Shown: positions 24,029 through 37,829, counted from the first letter of the stretch. The stretch: 64,000 nucleotides of DNA from Octopus vulgaris (GCA_951406725.2 OX597843.1:6014001-6078000), one strand, 5' to 3'. The notes: generated from the letters alone by a model not told the origin. Numbers and translations are program-made.

Positions 24029-24066
24029 CTAAAATTTTCGTTGCGTCTTGTAACCTTTTCAATAGT
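24029..24066 (-). ncRNA. Minimal hammerhead-like motif, U3:A8 core variant
   Basis: Minus: CTA-TTGAAAA-G-GTTAC aagac GCAAC-GAAA-AT-TT-TAG; short stem I and one mismatch in stem II. Confidence 0.45.
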
Positions 24067-24085
24067 CTTGACCCTTCGGATGATT

Positions 24086-24141
<56 letters not shown>

Positions 24142-24154
24142 TATTATTATTATT

Positions 24155-24363
24155 AAGGCGGCGAGTTGGCTGAGTCCTTAGCATGCCGGACAAAATGCTT
24201 AGCAGCATTTTGTCTGTCGCTTACGTCCTGAGTTCAAATTCCACCGAGGTCGAATTCACCTTTTCATCTACTCCGGGTTGATGAAAAGTAAGTACCAGGC
24301 GCGTACTGTACTAGGGTCGATCTAATCGACTACACCCTCCTCCAAATTTCAGGTCTCGTGCCT
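24155..24363 (+). mobile_element. SINE B, diverged
   Basis: AAGGCGGCGAGTTGGC head and central domain. Confidence 0.8.
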
Positions 24364-24401
24364 ATAATAATAATAATAATAATAATAATTTTTTTTTTTT
24401 T

Positions 24402-24805
24402 TTTACTTGTTTCAGTCATTTTGACTGCGGCCATGCTGGTGCACCGCCTTTAATCGAGCAACTCGACCCCGGGACTTGTTTTTTGTAAGTCCAGTACTTA
24501 TTCTATCGGTCGCTTTTGCCGAACCGCTAAGTGACGGGGACATAAACACACCAGCATCGGTTGTCAAACAATGCTAGGGGGACAAACACAGACACACAAA
24601 CATATACACACACATACACATATATATATATATATATATAGGACGGGCTTCTTTTCAGTTTCCGTCTACCAAATCCACTCACAAGGCTTTGGTCGGCCCG
24701 AGGCTATAGTAGAAGACACTTGCCCAAGGTGCCACGCAGTGGGACTGAACCCAGAACCATGTGGCTGGTAAACAAGCTACTTACCACACAGCCACTCCTG
24801 CGCCT
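24402..24805 (-). mobile_element. SINE A
   Basis: Identity to SINE A. Confidence 0.9.
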
Positions 24806-25120
24806 ATTTATTATTATTTTCCGATTCAATTGCATTTTATTCCATCTTCTGACCGGGTCTCAACCAGGGACCTAAGGCACGTACATAGTAGATGGAGAGA
24901 AACTTCCTGAGAACGTGGGAGGCTGAGGTCAACGCAATCTTTTGAGAATCGTAAATTGCTGTTTTCCCGAGGATTTGGTCAAACTATTTGTCGCTACTTT
25001 TCTTTATCATTCCTATTTAATTGCCACGTTCCAGATATCTTAACCTCAACCTCCTTCTATTTCGACACTTTTCCAAATTCTTTTGCTGAGAGGTTTCTAT
25101 CAGCAGGTATTGTCATAACA

Positions 25121-25357
25121 AAGGCGGCGAGCTGGTAGAAACGTTAGCACGCCGGGCGAAATGCGTAGCCGTATTTCGTCTGTCGTTACGTTGTGAGTTC
25201 AAATTCCGCCGAGGTCGACTTTGCCTTTCATCCTTTCGGAGTCGATTAAATAAGTACCAGTTACGCACTGGGATCAATATAATCGACTTAATCCGTTTGT
25301 CTGTCCTTGTTTGTTCCCTCTGTGTTTAGTTCCTTGTGGGTAATAAAGAAATAGGTA
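25121..25357 (+). mobile_element. SINE B (tail type 2) with 17 bp TSD
   Basis: AGGTATTGTCATA(A/T)CAA at 25105 and 25353. Confidence 0.9.
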
Positions 25358-25374
25358 TTGTCATATCAATTAAC

Positions 25375-25427
25375 AAGGCACCGGCCTCCTAAGCCGAGGA
25401 TTGCGGATCCAAGTCCCGTCGGAGGTA
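25375..25427 (+). pseudogene. tRNA-Arg(CCT) pseudogene lacking 5' ~20 nt
   Basis: AAGGCACCGGCCTCCTAAGCCGAGGATTGCGGATCCAAGTCCCGTCGGAGGTA: anticodon arm CCGGC-CTCCTAA-GCCGA, decayed T-loop. Confidence 0.75.
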
Positions 25428-25456
25428 AAGAATCGTTCTGTAAAAAGAATTTTTAT

Positions 25457-25868
25457 AGGCGCAGGAGTGGCTGTGTGGTAAGTAGCTTACTTACCAACCA
25501 CATGGTTCTGGGTTCAGTCCCACTGCGTGGCACCTTGGGCAAGTGTCTTCTACTATAGCCTCGAGCCGACCCAATCCTTGTGAGTGGATTTGGTAGACGG
25601 AAACTGAAAGAAGCCCGTCGTGTGTATATATATATATATGTGTGTGTGTGTGTGAGTGTGTGTGTGTATGTGTGTTTGTGTCTGTGTTTGTCCCCCCTTA
25701 CCATCGCTTGACAACCGATGTTGGTGTGTTTACATACCCGTAACTTAGCGGTTCGGTAAAAGAACCCGATAGAATAAGTACAAGGCTTACAAAGAATAAG
25801 CTCTGGGGTCGATTTGTTCAACTAAAGGCGGTGCTCCAGCATGGCCGTAGTCAAATGACTAAAACAAA
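25457..25868 (+). mobile_element. SINE A
   Basis: Identity to SINE A. Confidence 0.9.
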
Positions 25869-25879
25869 TAATACAAATA

Positions 25880-26408
25880 AATATAGTGTTGTATCTTCGG
25901 TGATGATGTCTGATCTGTTAGCCTTTTTTTTTTTGTGCCTGTCTGTAAGTATCCTATAATCCCAAAGGACGATAACATTCTCTCCCTTGGTGACTGATTC
26001 TGGAGGGCGTTCAAACCTCTTCTTGTGGTGCGGGACACCATTGTGATATCATATTATCCAGCGCAAGTATTAGCCAATCATGCCTGGCTTCATATTCTGC
26101 AGATTACCTTTCGTGGGAGACAGAGCTTGTGGGCTTCTCCTTCCTTTTTCCCTAATATTTATTGCATATTCTTTGGTTTTCATCCTCTTTCTTTACAATC
26201 CAGAAATCAAAAGGGCATAATGGCTCGATTAGTAAGCAGCTTTGATTATCCTTGATTATGTCTAGTCTGTTCTTTTTTTCTAGCTTCTAATCCGTTTGGA
26301 TAAGAAAATCCCACGAACATTTTGCATTTCTCCGACTCCAGCACTCGTTCGATCCGAGGGTGCCTCTTGCTTCAAGTCCCCATTTCCGACAAAGCTTCCA
26401 GTGTATTA
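25880..26408 (-). pseudogene. Two heavily decayed R4/Dong-type endonuclease fragments in tandem
   Basis: Minus, with frameshifts: IHWKLCRKWGLE...WDFLIQTD*KLE..NRLDIIKDNQSCLLIE..CPFD..IVKKE, and EYEARHD...PESVTKGENVIVLWDYRILTDR..ANRSDII. Confidence 0.7.
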
Positions 26409-26504
26409 TTATTGTTGCTGTTGTTGTGATAAATATTTACTTTTAATCTCCATGTTTATTTCAATCTCTCGCAAAGACACACCCACCGTCCTAGGGCGAG
26501 TGAA

Positions 26505-26513
26505 CTATTATTA

Positions 26514-26559
<46 letters not shown>

Positions 26560-26644
26560 CATTATTATTATTGTCATTATTATTATTATTATTATTATCA
26601 TTATTATCATTATTATTATTATTATTATCATCAACATTATTATT

Positions 26645-26688
<44 letters not shown>

Positions 26689-26774
26689 CATTATTATTAT
26701 TATCATTATTATTATTATTATTATTATCATCAACATTATTATTATTATCATTATTATTATCATTATTATTATCA

Positions 26775-26805
<31 letters not shown>

Positions 26806-26823
26806 TATTATTATTATCATCAA

Positions 26824-26899
<76 letters not shown>

Positions 26900-26900
26900 G
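26505..26900. repeat. (TAT/CAT)n compound microsatellite
   Basis: Direct reading; TCAACAT marker recurs at ~26631, 26730, 26820. Confidence 0.9.
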
Positions 26901-27204
26901 GTTAATGCTATTGATGGCTAATGTTAATATTATGATAATTATCTCTCATCATTACATCATTGGAATGCTAGGCAAGGCAGCATTTAAAGACAATTAGCCT
27001 AAAGATGAAGACACAACGGTGTCTTCTTGGCCTCGCATTCACGAATACTGGTCCAAGGAAAATCTAGTGCTTCCGGGTCACATTGGGATCGTTACACCAG
27101 TCAACAAGAACCCAACACTTCTGTGCTATGACGTCAAACTATAAAAGCGATGTCCGGGAGAGAGCCATTAATAGGTCATATTTATTTAACACATACATAC
27201 ATAA

Positions 27205-27354
<150 letters not shown>

Positions 27355-27545
27355 AAATATATACATATGTAGATATACATGCATGTATGTATATATACTT
27401 ATGTGTATACGTGTATGCGTGTGTCTTTACACAAACACGATAACGGCAGTTAAGTGAGATATTTGTAATAGATACATCGGTGAGACACACAGACATAAGT
27501 TTGTGTATATATATGAACATATCTACGCGTATATGCTTCCATACA

Positions 27546-27577
<32 letters not shown>

Positions 27578-27770
27578 ACTACATACTAGATAGATATTGC
27601 TATATGTATTTATGTATGTATGTGTGTCCATACATGTATATATGTATGTATGTATGTATGTATGCATAAGATGTTCGCATTCCTTATCAGATTTCCGCCA
27701 TAGTTTTGGGACGAATCATTGTATCGGAATTTTAAGTTGTTATCTCCCAAAGTATTTAAAAATGTATCAA

Positions 27771-28340
27771 AAAGCTAGCTTCCAAACCACATGGTTCTGT
27801 GTTCAGTCCCACTGCGTGACACCTTCGGCAAATCTTTTCTGCTATAACCTCGGGCCGACCAAATCCTTGTAAGTGAGTTTGGCCGATGGAAACTGAAAGA
27901 AGCCCGTCGTTTATATATATAGGCGCAGGAGTGGCTGTGTGGTAAGTAGCTTGCTAACCAACCACATGGTTCCGGGTTCAGTCCCACTGCGTGGCATCTT
28001 GGGCAAGTGTCTTCTGCTATAGCCCCGGGCCGACCAATGCCTTGTGAGTGGATTTGGTAGACGGAAACTGAAAGAAGCCTGTCGTATATATGTATATATA
28101 TGTATATATGTACGTGTGTGTGTATGTGTGTTTGTGTGTCTGTGTTTGTCCCCCTAGCATTGCTTGACAACCGATGCTGGTGTGTTTACGTCCCCGTCAC
28201 TTAACGGTTCGGCAAAAGAGACCGATAGAATAAGTACTGGGCTTACAAAGAATAAGTCCCGGGGTCGATTTGCTCGACTAAAGGCAGTGCTCCAGCATGG
28301 CCGCAGTCAAATGACTGAAGCAAGTAAAAGAGTAAAGAGT
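27771..28340 (+). mobile_element. Old SINE A head plus young full SINE A (27921-28340)
   Basis: Identity to SINE A. Confidence 0.88.
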
Positions 28341-28642
28341 ATATATATATATACATGGGGAAGTCAAAAATAATCCACACTTTCGTCACATACCTTTATT
28401 ATTGCCATAGTGCCTTCTGCGCATGCGTTCTTAAAGTTGGTACTGTTGTGGTCACGTGATCGGAGTTTGAGTCTAATCGTACTATTTTTCTCTCTGGCTT
28501 TTACAGTGCAAGCATTGCCTCTCCACTAGCAATATGCACCAGAGATGAACAAAGATCAGTGATCCGATTTCTCTGGTCGGAACATGTGTCAGGGGCTGAA
28601 ATACATCGGAGGTCCTTAGCACAATACAGGGTCAGTGCACTA

Positions 28643-28865
28643 CCTATTTCTTTACTACCCACAAAGGGCTAAACACAGAGAGGACAGACACACGGATTAA
28701 GTCGATTATATCGATCCCAGTGCGTAACTGGTACTTATTTAATCGACCTCGAAAGGATGAAAGGCAAAGTCAACCTCGGCGGAATTTGAACTCAGAACGT
28801 AACGGCAGACGAAATACGGCTACGCATATCGCCCGGCGTGCTAACGTATCTGCCAGCTCGCCGCG
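28643..28865 (-). mobile_element. SINE B nested in mariner
   Basis: Identity to SINE B. Confidence 0.9.
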
Positions 28866-29022
28866 TGAAAGTGTGTATGAGTGGCGGGAAAATGGTGAAG
28901 GGTGAGCAGGACGTCCTTCGACCTCCACCACTGGCGATAAGATTCAACATGTTCGATAGATGGTGATGGTGAATCGAGGAATTATCATCGATGAAGTAGC
29001 TTGTTCTCGGCAGATTAGTCTT

Positions 29023-29465
29023 CATCATTCATCATTGTTCGACCGTGGCATTACGGAGGTCCTGTTGCTGGACGCCTGTATCCCTGGAGATTACATCAGG
29101 GTAGGTATTGCGAGTAGATGGCTTCCAGAGGAGAAGAGTAGAAATTACCTCTTTTTCAGCTCTACAACAATGTCCAGCAAACTGGACTCTCCTACCTTTC
29201 ACAAAAGATGACACAGGTGGTAGTTTCCCATATATTTGTACTTTGGTTGGATGGCGCTTCCACGAGATATTTTGAACTCTCATAAGGAGGCGAGTGTAGG
29301 TTCCATCCAACCGCCTCTCAAGCTTCTTTGATAACGTCCAGGTTTCTGAGCCATAGAGTAGAATTGGTTCGACTGTGGCTTTGAAGATTTCAAGTTTGAA
29401 GTCTCTACTTAGATTTGATGACCAGATCTTATGCATGTCATTACAGGCTGATAAGGCCATACCCA
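29023..29465 (-). mobile_element. RTE-clade LINE, 5'-truncated, 11 bp TSD
   Basis: KIW.SNLSRDFKLEIFKATVEPILLYGSETWTL...QFAGHC; ATGATGA tail; AGATTAGTCTT at 29012 and 29466. Confidence 0.9.
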
Positions 29466-29598
29466 AGATTAGTCTTGGTTCTACCTATCAAATCATCCAC
29501 GATGAGCTCATCTTCCATAAAGTCTGTCTTCTTGTCTTGAGACAGCATTCGCCCGGCGTGCTATCGTTTCTGCCAGCTCGCCACCTTAAAAATGTATC

Positions 29599-29655
29599 AG
29601 GTTCTACCGAGACTCGAACTCGGATCGCTGGATTCAGAGTCCAGAGTGCTAACCA
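29599..29655 (-). pseudogene. tRNA-Gln(CTG) pseudogene lacking 5' 15 nt
   Basis: Minus: TGGTTAGCACTCTGGACTCTGAATCCAGCGATCCGAGTTCGAGTCTCGGTAGAACCT, then GATACA-TTTTT; no CCA. Confidence 0.88.
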
Positions 29656-29788
29656 GTCGTTTCCATATATCTGGCAGAGTGAATTGCGTCATGGTGTTGT
29701 GTTTCTCGCAGATGGTGCCCAACTGACCCTATTATACTGTGTGGTCAACAAAATAAAAAACAAACAATGCGCTTTAAAATTGCGCAGT

Positions 29789-29887
29789 GGAGGCGCAATG
29801 GCCGAGTGGTTAGGGCAGCGGACTCGCGGTCGGAGGATCGCAGTTTCGATTCCAAGACCGGGCGTTGTGTGTTTATTGAGCGAAAAA
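29789..29887 (+). mobile_element. SINE C head only
   Basis: tRNA-like head; possible flanking repeat AAATTGCG. Confidence 0.8.
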
Positions 29888-30146
29888 ATATAGAAATTGC
29901 GACAATTTACCCATCGTACTCTGTTTAGAGAGTTTATTCATAAGATTTTTCAATCTATTTTTCCTTTCTTCTCAGTGTTACCTGAGCGCTTCCACCTGCA
30001 GCCCTGTTTTTAATCTTCGATTTAACGAAATTACTTTTCAATTTAACAAAATTATAAAATTATCTTCAATTAAGTACCTACTTCCACTGAATCGTATCTA
30101 TATGTGTGTGTGTACGTGTGTATACATATATGTGTTTGTATATATA

Positions 30147-30240
<94 letters not shown>

Positions 30241-30242
<2 letters not shown>

Positions 30243-30667
30243 GAGTGGCTGTGTGGTAAGTAGCTTGCTTAGGAACCACATGGTTCAGGGTTCAGTTCCA
30301 CTGCGTGGCACCTTAAGCAAGTGTCTTCTACTATAGCCTCGGGCTGACCAAAGCCTTGAGTGGACTTGGTAGGCGGAAACTGAAAGAAGCCCATCGTATA
30401 TAGACACACACATATGTGTGTGTGTATGTGTATGTATGTGTGTGTTTGTGTGTGCGTGTGTATATGTTTGTGTGTCTGTGTTTGTCCCCCCAACATCGCT
30501 TGACAACCGATGCTGGTGTGTTTATCTTCCCGTAACTTAGCGGTTCGGCAAAGAAGACCGATAGAATAAGTACTAGGCTTACAAAGAATAAGTCCTGGGG
30601 TCGATTTGCTCGACTAAAGGCGATGCACCAGCCTGGCCACAGTCAAATGACTGAAATAAGTAAAAGA

Positions 30668-30669
<2 letters not shown>
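30241..30669 (+). mobile_element. SINE A
   Basis: Identity to SINE A. Confidence 0.9.
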
Positions 30670-30706
<37 letters not shown>

Positions 30707-31153
30707 TATGTATATATATATATATATATATACGTATGTATATATATATACGTGTGTGTGTGTGTGTGTGTGTGTATAGCTGTCTCGGAATCAGCCCTTC
30801 GTAAACATTATGGGCCGTATATTTTATACAACGTACATGTCTTAATATCTCAAGAGCGGATTTCTTTACTCAGCTGGGTCTAATTGTCTACATTCACAGT
30901 AAGATTATCAATCTTCCGGTACCTATGTACCGAGTTTCATATTTACTTAATATTGTTATGTGTGTATTCCGCCCTAACGAGGTACCTCAATTTAAGTGCC
31001 TAATACAACTGAGTCTTACCTATATATGCATATACATATACATATATATACATATATGTTATGTATACCTTATATATATATATGTATGTATGTATGTATG
31101 TATATGTAATTATATGTATATATATGGATATACGTATGTATGTATGTCAATAT

Positions 31154-32470
31154 TGCCTAACGCAGCTCCTGCATCACTTTGATGACATTTTAAGAGCTTT
31201 GGGAGAGGGCTCCAACACCGATGTCATCTACCTTGATTTCAGCAAGGCCTTCGACAGGGTTGATCACAAGATCCTATTGAAAAAACTATCCAACATTGGT
31301 GTCTCTGGAAAGTTACTGAAATGGATCAAGTGTTTCCTAACAGACAGATCTCAACATGTTGTAGTTGAAGGAGCAAAATCAAGCCCAGCCAAAGTCAGTA
31401 GTGGCGTTCCGCAAGGCACTGTGCTGGGCCCACTTCTTTTCATCATCTACATTAATGACATTAATGACATCATCAAGCACAGCAACATAAAAATCTTTGC
31501 AGATGATTCCAAGCTACAGAAGGTCATAAATGAGGCGAGTGACCGGACATGCCTTCAGTCAGATCTACTGGCTGTTATCCAATGGGCAGAAAAAAACAAT
31601 ATGCTGCTGAACGAGGATAAATTCGAGTTAATCCACTTTGGAAAAGAGGATGCCCTGAAACTTCCATACTCCCTTCCTTCAGGTGAAACTCTCGTGGCAT
31701 CCAACAACATCAGAGACTTAGGAGTAATTGTGGACAACAACATAAGCTGGGCCACCACTCATATAAACACCAAAGTTGACATGGCCCGCAGAATGTGTTC
31801 CTGGATTCTCAGAACTTTCCAGTCGAGAGATATCCACACCATTATCCTTCTCTTCTCCACTTTTGCCCGACCCCACCTTGAATACTGTTGTCCACTGTGG
31901 TCTCCCCACACAAAACAAAGTATCATAAAAGTTGAAGCACCTCAAAGGGCAATCACAAAATAGATAGATGGCATGACAGGCCTCGACTATTGGGGTCGAC
32001 TAGAAAAGCTAAAACTTTATTCTCTCCAACGTCGCCGTGAGCGCTACATATCTGCATGATGTGGAAAATACTCCACCAGCATTGCCCAAATGATGTTGGC
32101 ATCACCTTTAAGGTACATCCAAGGCTTGGGCCCCGTGCCATCCGCCCACAACAAAAATCGCACTCTCATCTCATAACAACAATACGGCACAATTATTTCA
32201 CCTGAATTGGCCCCGCTCTCTTTAACATTACACCAAAACACATTAAAACAGAAACGGACCCTATAGGGTTCAAGAAGTCTTTGGACAGATTCCTTCAAGA
32301 AATCCCGGATAAACCCCCTACACCCGGATATATCTCTGTAAACAATAACTCTCTACTTGAGTGGGCCATAGTGCCCAAATTCTGACTTGAAAGACTTCAC
32401 CAGGTGGTGCTATTAAGTTAGACATGGCCTGAGCCAATAATGGCCGAAACCTATCAAAGTATCAAAGTAT
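31154..32470 (+). mobile_element. CR1-like LINE, 5'-truncated, reverse transcriptase pseudogene
   Basis: CLTQLL, YLDFSKAFD, SGVPQGTVLGP, FADD, DLGV, RPHLEYC motifs. Frameshift at ~31960, then YWGRLEKLKLYSLQRRRERY with stops; (TATCAAAG)2 tail; lies in TA/TATG repeats. Confidence 0.95.
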
Positions 32471-32517
32471 ATATAAATATGTATGTATATATATGTATAT
32501 ATATATATCTATATGTA

Positions 32518-32561
<44 letters not shown>

Positions 32562-32699
32562 CATGTATGTATGTATGTAAGTATGTCTGTGTGTGTATGT
32601 ATGTATATATATGTATGTATGTATATGTATGAATGTATATATATGTATGTATATATCTATATGTATGTATATATGTGTGTGCATATGTATATATATATT

Positions 32700-32763
<64 letters not shown>

Positions 32764-32860
32764 TATACACACATATGTATGTGTGTGTGCATGTGTATAT
32801 ATATATATTCGTTCTTCACACGTTTATTACTTTTCTTATTCTGACTCATGTCCATTGTCC

Positions 32861-32899
32861 GGAAATCTTTCGTCGCACATCTGTGACCTCCTCGGTGCC
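32861..32899 (-). ncRNA. Degenerate minimal hammerhead-like motif (CCGAGGA core)
   Basis: Minus: GGCA-CCGAGGA-G-GTCAC agatgt GCGAC-GAAA-GATTTCC; stem I imperfect. Confidence 0.4.
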
Positions 32900-33922
32900 A
32901 CTTTCCGTCGCATTCACGATTGCCTGATCGCGGGTTCGATTCCCAGACCGGGCGCTGCGTTGTGTTCTTGAGCAAGCCACTTCACTTCACGTTGCTCTGC
33001 GTTCAAAATCGTCCTCGGCGGAGTTTGAACTCAGAACGTGAAGACCGACGAAATGCCGCTATTCATTTTGCCAGGCGTGCTAACGATACTGCCAGTTTGC
33101 TACTTCACACACACACACACACACACACACGCATGCACACACACGCGCGCGCGCACGCATGCATGCACACACACGAGCGCACATATTGGTGTGTGTGTAT
33201 GCATGCGTGTGTGTATGTGCGTATGTATATATACATGTATGTATATATGTATATATATATATAGACAGAGAAAGAGGGATAGAGAGAGGGAGGGAGATGG
33301 AGAGAGAGAAGGAGAGAGATAGAGAAGGTGAGAGAGAAATCGAGAGAGAGAAGGGGGGAGAGGGAAAGAGAGAAGGAGAGAGAGAGTGAAGGAGAGATTG
33401 AGTGAAGGAGAGAGAGAGAGAGAAGGTGAGAGAGAAATAGAGAGAGAGAGAAGGGGGAGAGGGAAAGAGAGAAGGAGAGAGTGAAGGAGAGAAAAAGAGT
33501 AAAGGAGAGGGAGAGAGTGATTAAAGGAGAGAGAGAGAGAGATCCGTGTATGATAACAACGATAACAACAACAATGACAAAAAAAACAACAACAACAATA
33601 GCCGTTACTTGGTGTACGGAAGTAGACGGATGTAGAACTCAAGCTGTGATATCGACTGTAGGAACAACACCAAAAACAAAAAAAAAATCAACCCACCATC
33701 GCCACCTCGCCATGACCATCACCACTGGCCACCCACGTACGACCTCATTGTTGGTGTAAAACACAACAAGATCTGGCGATCAGAGTACAAGTGTGTAGAA
33801 CGAAATGGTATTTCCGCTCTTGGAAGCCGCTCATTCTTTTGAAACCGCAAAAGAAATACATATCTACAAACATACATACATACATATACATACATATATA
33901 CATACATACATACATACATACA

Positions 33923-33958
<36 letters not shown>

Positions 33959-34184
33959 TATACATACATATATGGATATAGGTTATATGTACCTACCCGG
34001 GTGCTTGTACACAATAGGAAGACAAGGGCATCCCGTGTGTGTGTGGTGTGAGAGAGAGAGAGAGAAAGAGAGAGTGAGTGTGTGTGTGTGCGTGTGTTTC
34101 CCAACCACATAATTCTGGGTTCAGTCCCACTGCGTGGCACCTTGGGTGAGTGACTTCTACGATAGCCCCGGGCCAATGAATGCC

Positions 34185-34256
<72 letters not shown>

Positions 34257-34260
34257 CCTG

Positions 34261-34429
<169 letters not shown>

Positions 34430-34560
34430 TTAGAGATAAAACCACTATTAGGCAAATCATACAATGAAAAACTTAAGCCAGTACATAAGATTAATTAATT
34501 TATATTATTTTAAATATATATCAAAATTATTAAAAAAAGATAATACATACAATACATACA

Positions 34561-34592
<32 letters not shown>

Positions 34593-34999
34593 CAAACACA
34601 TATACATATACATATCAGTAAAGTCATGGAGTGAATAATCAGAAAGAAGCTGATGTTCCTAGAAGAAAATTACCTACCGAACATATATACATATAGATAA
34701 ATATACATATATATATACATATACATCTATCTATCTATACATCGACCGCGTAAAGGGGGTCTAGACGGAATTTGAACACGCAGTGTAAAGATTCGGAAGG
34801 AAAAGGAATTCACGAGACTCTCTAATCACTGCGATCGTTTCAGCGACTCATTGTGCATCTGTACCTCGCAGGTGGGATGCTTTTGATAAAACCTACTAGA
34901 GGGCATGTGAATAACATCTGGTAGCCGAATAATGTGAACGGGCTTTAAAGGTCATATTACAAGGTGTCTCTCCGAATATGAAAAGTATAAATTATACAT

Positions 35000-35118
<119 letters not shown>

Positions 35119-35395
35119 GGAGGCGCAATGGCCCAGTGGTTAGGGCTGCGGACTCGCGGTCGGAGGAGCGCGGTTTCGATTCCCAGACCGGGCTTTGTAT
35201 GTTTATTGATAAAAAAAACACCTAAAGCTCCACGAGGCTCCGGCAGGGGGTGGTGGCGACCCCTGTTGTACTCTTTCGCCACAACTTTCTCTCACTCTTT
35301 CTTCTGTTGGCCTGCTCGCTTCGCCAGCGGGGTGGCGTCATTTGAAGGCTAAAACAATGCGAAGCACATTGTAACCATCTGATAGCCTGGTCGAT

Positions 35396-35402
<7 letters not shown>
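35119..35402 (+). mobile_element. SINE C variant with tail type 3, in (TA)n
   Basis: Shared head and body to CACAACTTTCTCTCACTCTT, then an unrelated tail ending GGTCGATCACGTGA. Confidence 0.85.
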
Positions 35403-35428
<26 letters not shown>

Positions 35429-35587
35429 AATTAGAAAAAAAACACCTTTTGTCAATTAAAAATTAAAAATTAAATTACACCATCTAGAAAATTACATACA
35501 ATAGAAATATTAAATATAAGATTAAAAAATATAACAATGATTAAGTAATGCGCAAAATAATAAATAAAACGTATATATTTGGTAGAA

Positions 35588-35691
35588 TAACGACACGTGT
35601 TTCGTGGCTATATTTAAGATATGATTATAGTAAAGATATTAGTAGTAGTAGTAAAATCACTTTAATATAAATATAGCCACTCATAAGGTTA
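35588..35691 (-). ncRNA. Hammerhead-like motif with 13 bp stem II, ~50 nt loop, GUC site, G5U core mutation
   Basis: Minus: TAAC-CTTATGA-GTGGCTATATTTA...TAAATATAGCCAC-GAAAC-ACGT-GTC-GTTA, within an AT-rich element at ~35428-36890. Confidence 0.65.
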
Positions 35692-36167
35692 GAGATAACT
35701 ACAATAATAAAATAATTAATTAATAAATATACGTAAATAATCTTTTGAAATATAAATATATTCTTTAATATATATATGATACAAAATATACAATAAATGA
35801 AAACTAAATACACTTTAAACTATATATATTAAATCAAATTACTAATTGATATATTTATTTAATAAACATCCAAATAAAGTCTAATACCCATTAAGCAATT
35901 AATACACCCATTATGTAAACTAACTATATAATTAATATATAAATGTAGTATCTATAGATTTAATATATCACTCAAAAATATAGTTGACTAAAATATCAAT
36001 TAATATAAAAACTAATTTACTTAAATGTAATACTACTTGATAAATATACCACTTAATTATTAAATAATGTATTGTCTAACAAAATTAATTCTCAAATTAA
36101 ATTATGTGTAATACGTTAAATCCCTTTATAAATATAATAATAGAGCATTCTAAATAAATAGATATCA

Positions 36168-36565
36168 TCTTTATATATAAAAGTGAAGTTGTGTGTCTGT
36201 CCCCTACGATTTAGATTCCTAACTATTCCCACATTTTGCGGTGCAGTTTAACCAAAAGCGGGTATCTTATAGTCGTGATTCATATCGAGCCCTTCTGGGT
36301 ATTAGCGCGCGTCTACGATGAGTCTACGATTTAAAAAAAATTACCATCATTTTTTTTCCGTTTTAATGCATTTTTTTCGCTATTATATAAGGTAAGTAAC
36401 TCTCTAAAAATGTCTACGATGAGTCAACGATTTTTTAAAAAAATTACCATCATTTGTTTTCCATTTTTAATGCATTTTTTTGCTACTTTTTGGCTATAAC
36501 TCTCTAAAAATGCTTATATAGTTATTTCCCTTACAAACCCGAGCAACGCCGGGCGATACTGCTAG
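36168..36565 (+). mobile_element. Non-autonomous Helitron family 2
   Basis: A|TC start, hairpin CCCGAGCAACGCCGGG, CTAG|T end, no TSD. Confidence 0.85.
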
Positions 36566-36918
36566 TAATTAATAATCATCATAACTTATAACTATCAATA
36601 TATATATAAAAATAATAATATTTCAACAACAATCATAATAATGATAATAATAACAGTAATGATCAAACCCAATATAATTCAAAAGCCAAATAATATTTAT
36701 AAGCAAAAAACTGAAAGGCAGACGATTTCTGGTAGAGGAACGACACAGAACGTGACTTCACGCTCCGTGACGGCGGGGAGCCGGGAGTAGGGGAGGGATT
36801 ACGTTGCGAAGTTCGCGACTACGTGTAAACCTCTGGTTAACAGCTGTTGTGTGTGAAAAGAAATATAGCGTGACAGCGTGAGGAAGATACGTACATATAT
36901 ATATATATATACATATAT

Positions 36919-36950
<32 letters not shown>

Positions 36951-36970
36951 ATATATATGTCTATATATAA

Positions 36971-37019
<49 letters not shown>

Positions 37020-37042
37020 ATATATATATATGTATATATACA

Positions 37043-37094
<52 letters not shown>

Positions 37095-37109
37095 CATAAT
37101 TATACATAC

Positions 37110-37140
<31 letters not shown>

Positions 37141-37412
37141 CATATACATGTATGTATGTAAATACATGTATATATATATATGCATATATATACATATGTA
37201 TATGTATATATATATACATATATATACATATATACACATATATATATATACATATATATACATATATATATACACATATATATACATCAAAGGAAACAGC
37301 GGTTCTGATAATTGATTTTGTTACTGTTGTGGTTGTGTGGTGGTGGTAGTGACGGCAGTAGTAGCAGTCGTCGTCATGATTGTGATGGTGCTGGTGGTGG
37401 TTTTGTTGTTGT

Positions 37413-37829
<417 letters not shown>

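Larger units (their letters stand above)
28354..29527 (+). pseudogene. Mariner transposon 5' part (TIR-like end plus transposase N-terminus) split by SINE B and RTE insertions
   Basis: TA-CATGGGGAAGTCAAAAATAATCCAC end. Rejoined translation CTRDEQRSVIRFLWSEHVSGAEIHRR..QY..SALPRESVYEW...GRPSTSTT...IIIDEVA...ISLGSTYQIIHDELIFHKVC. Confidence 0.85.

Noticed and set aside
30970-31017. CTAACGA-GGTAC..GTGCC-TAATAC..GTC hammerhead remnant
   Set aside because: Too many core mismatches and no stem I.
31061-31963. 300 aa ORF as a functional reverse transcriptase
   Set aside because: N-terminus is microsatellite; the element is 5'-truncated, lacks an endonuclease and is frameshifted downstream.
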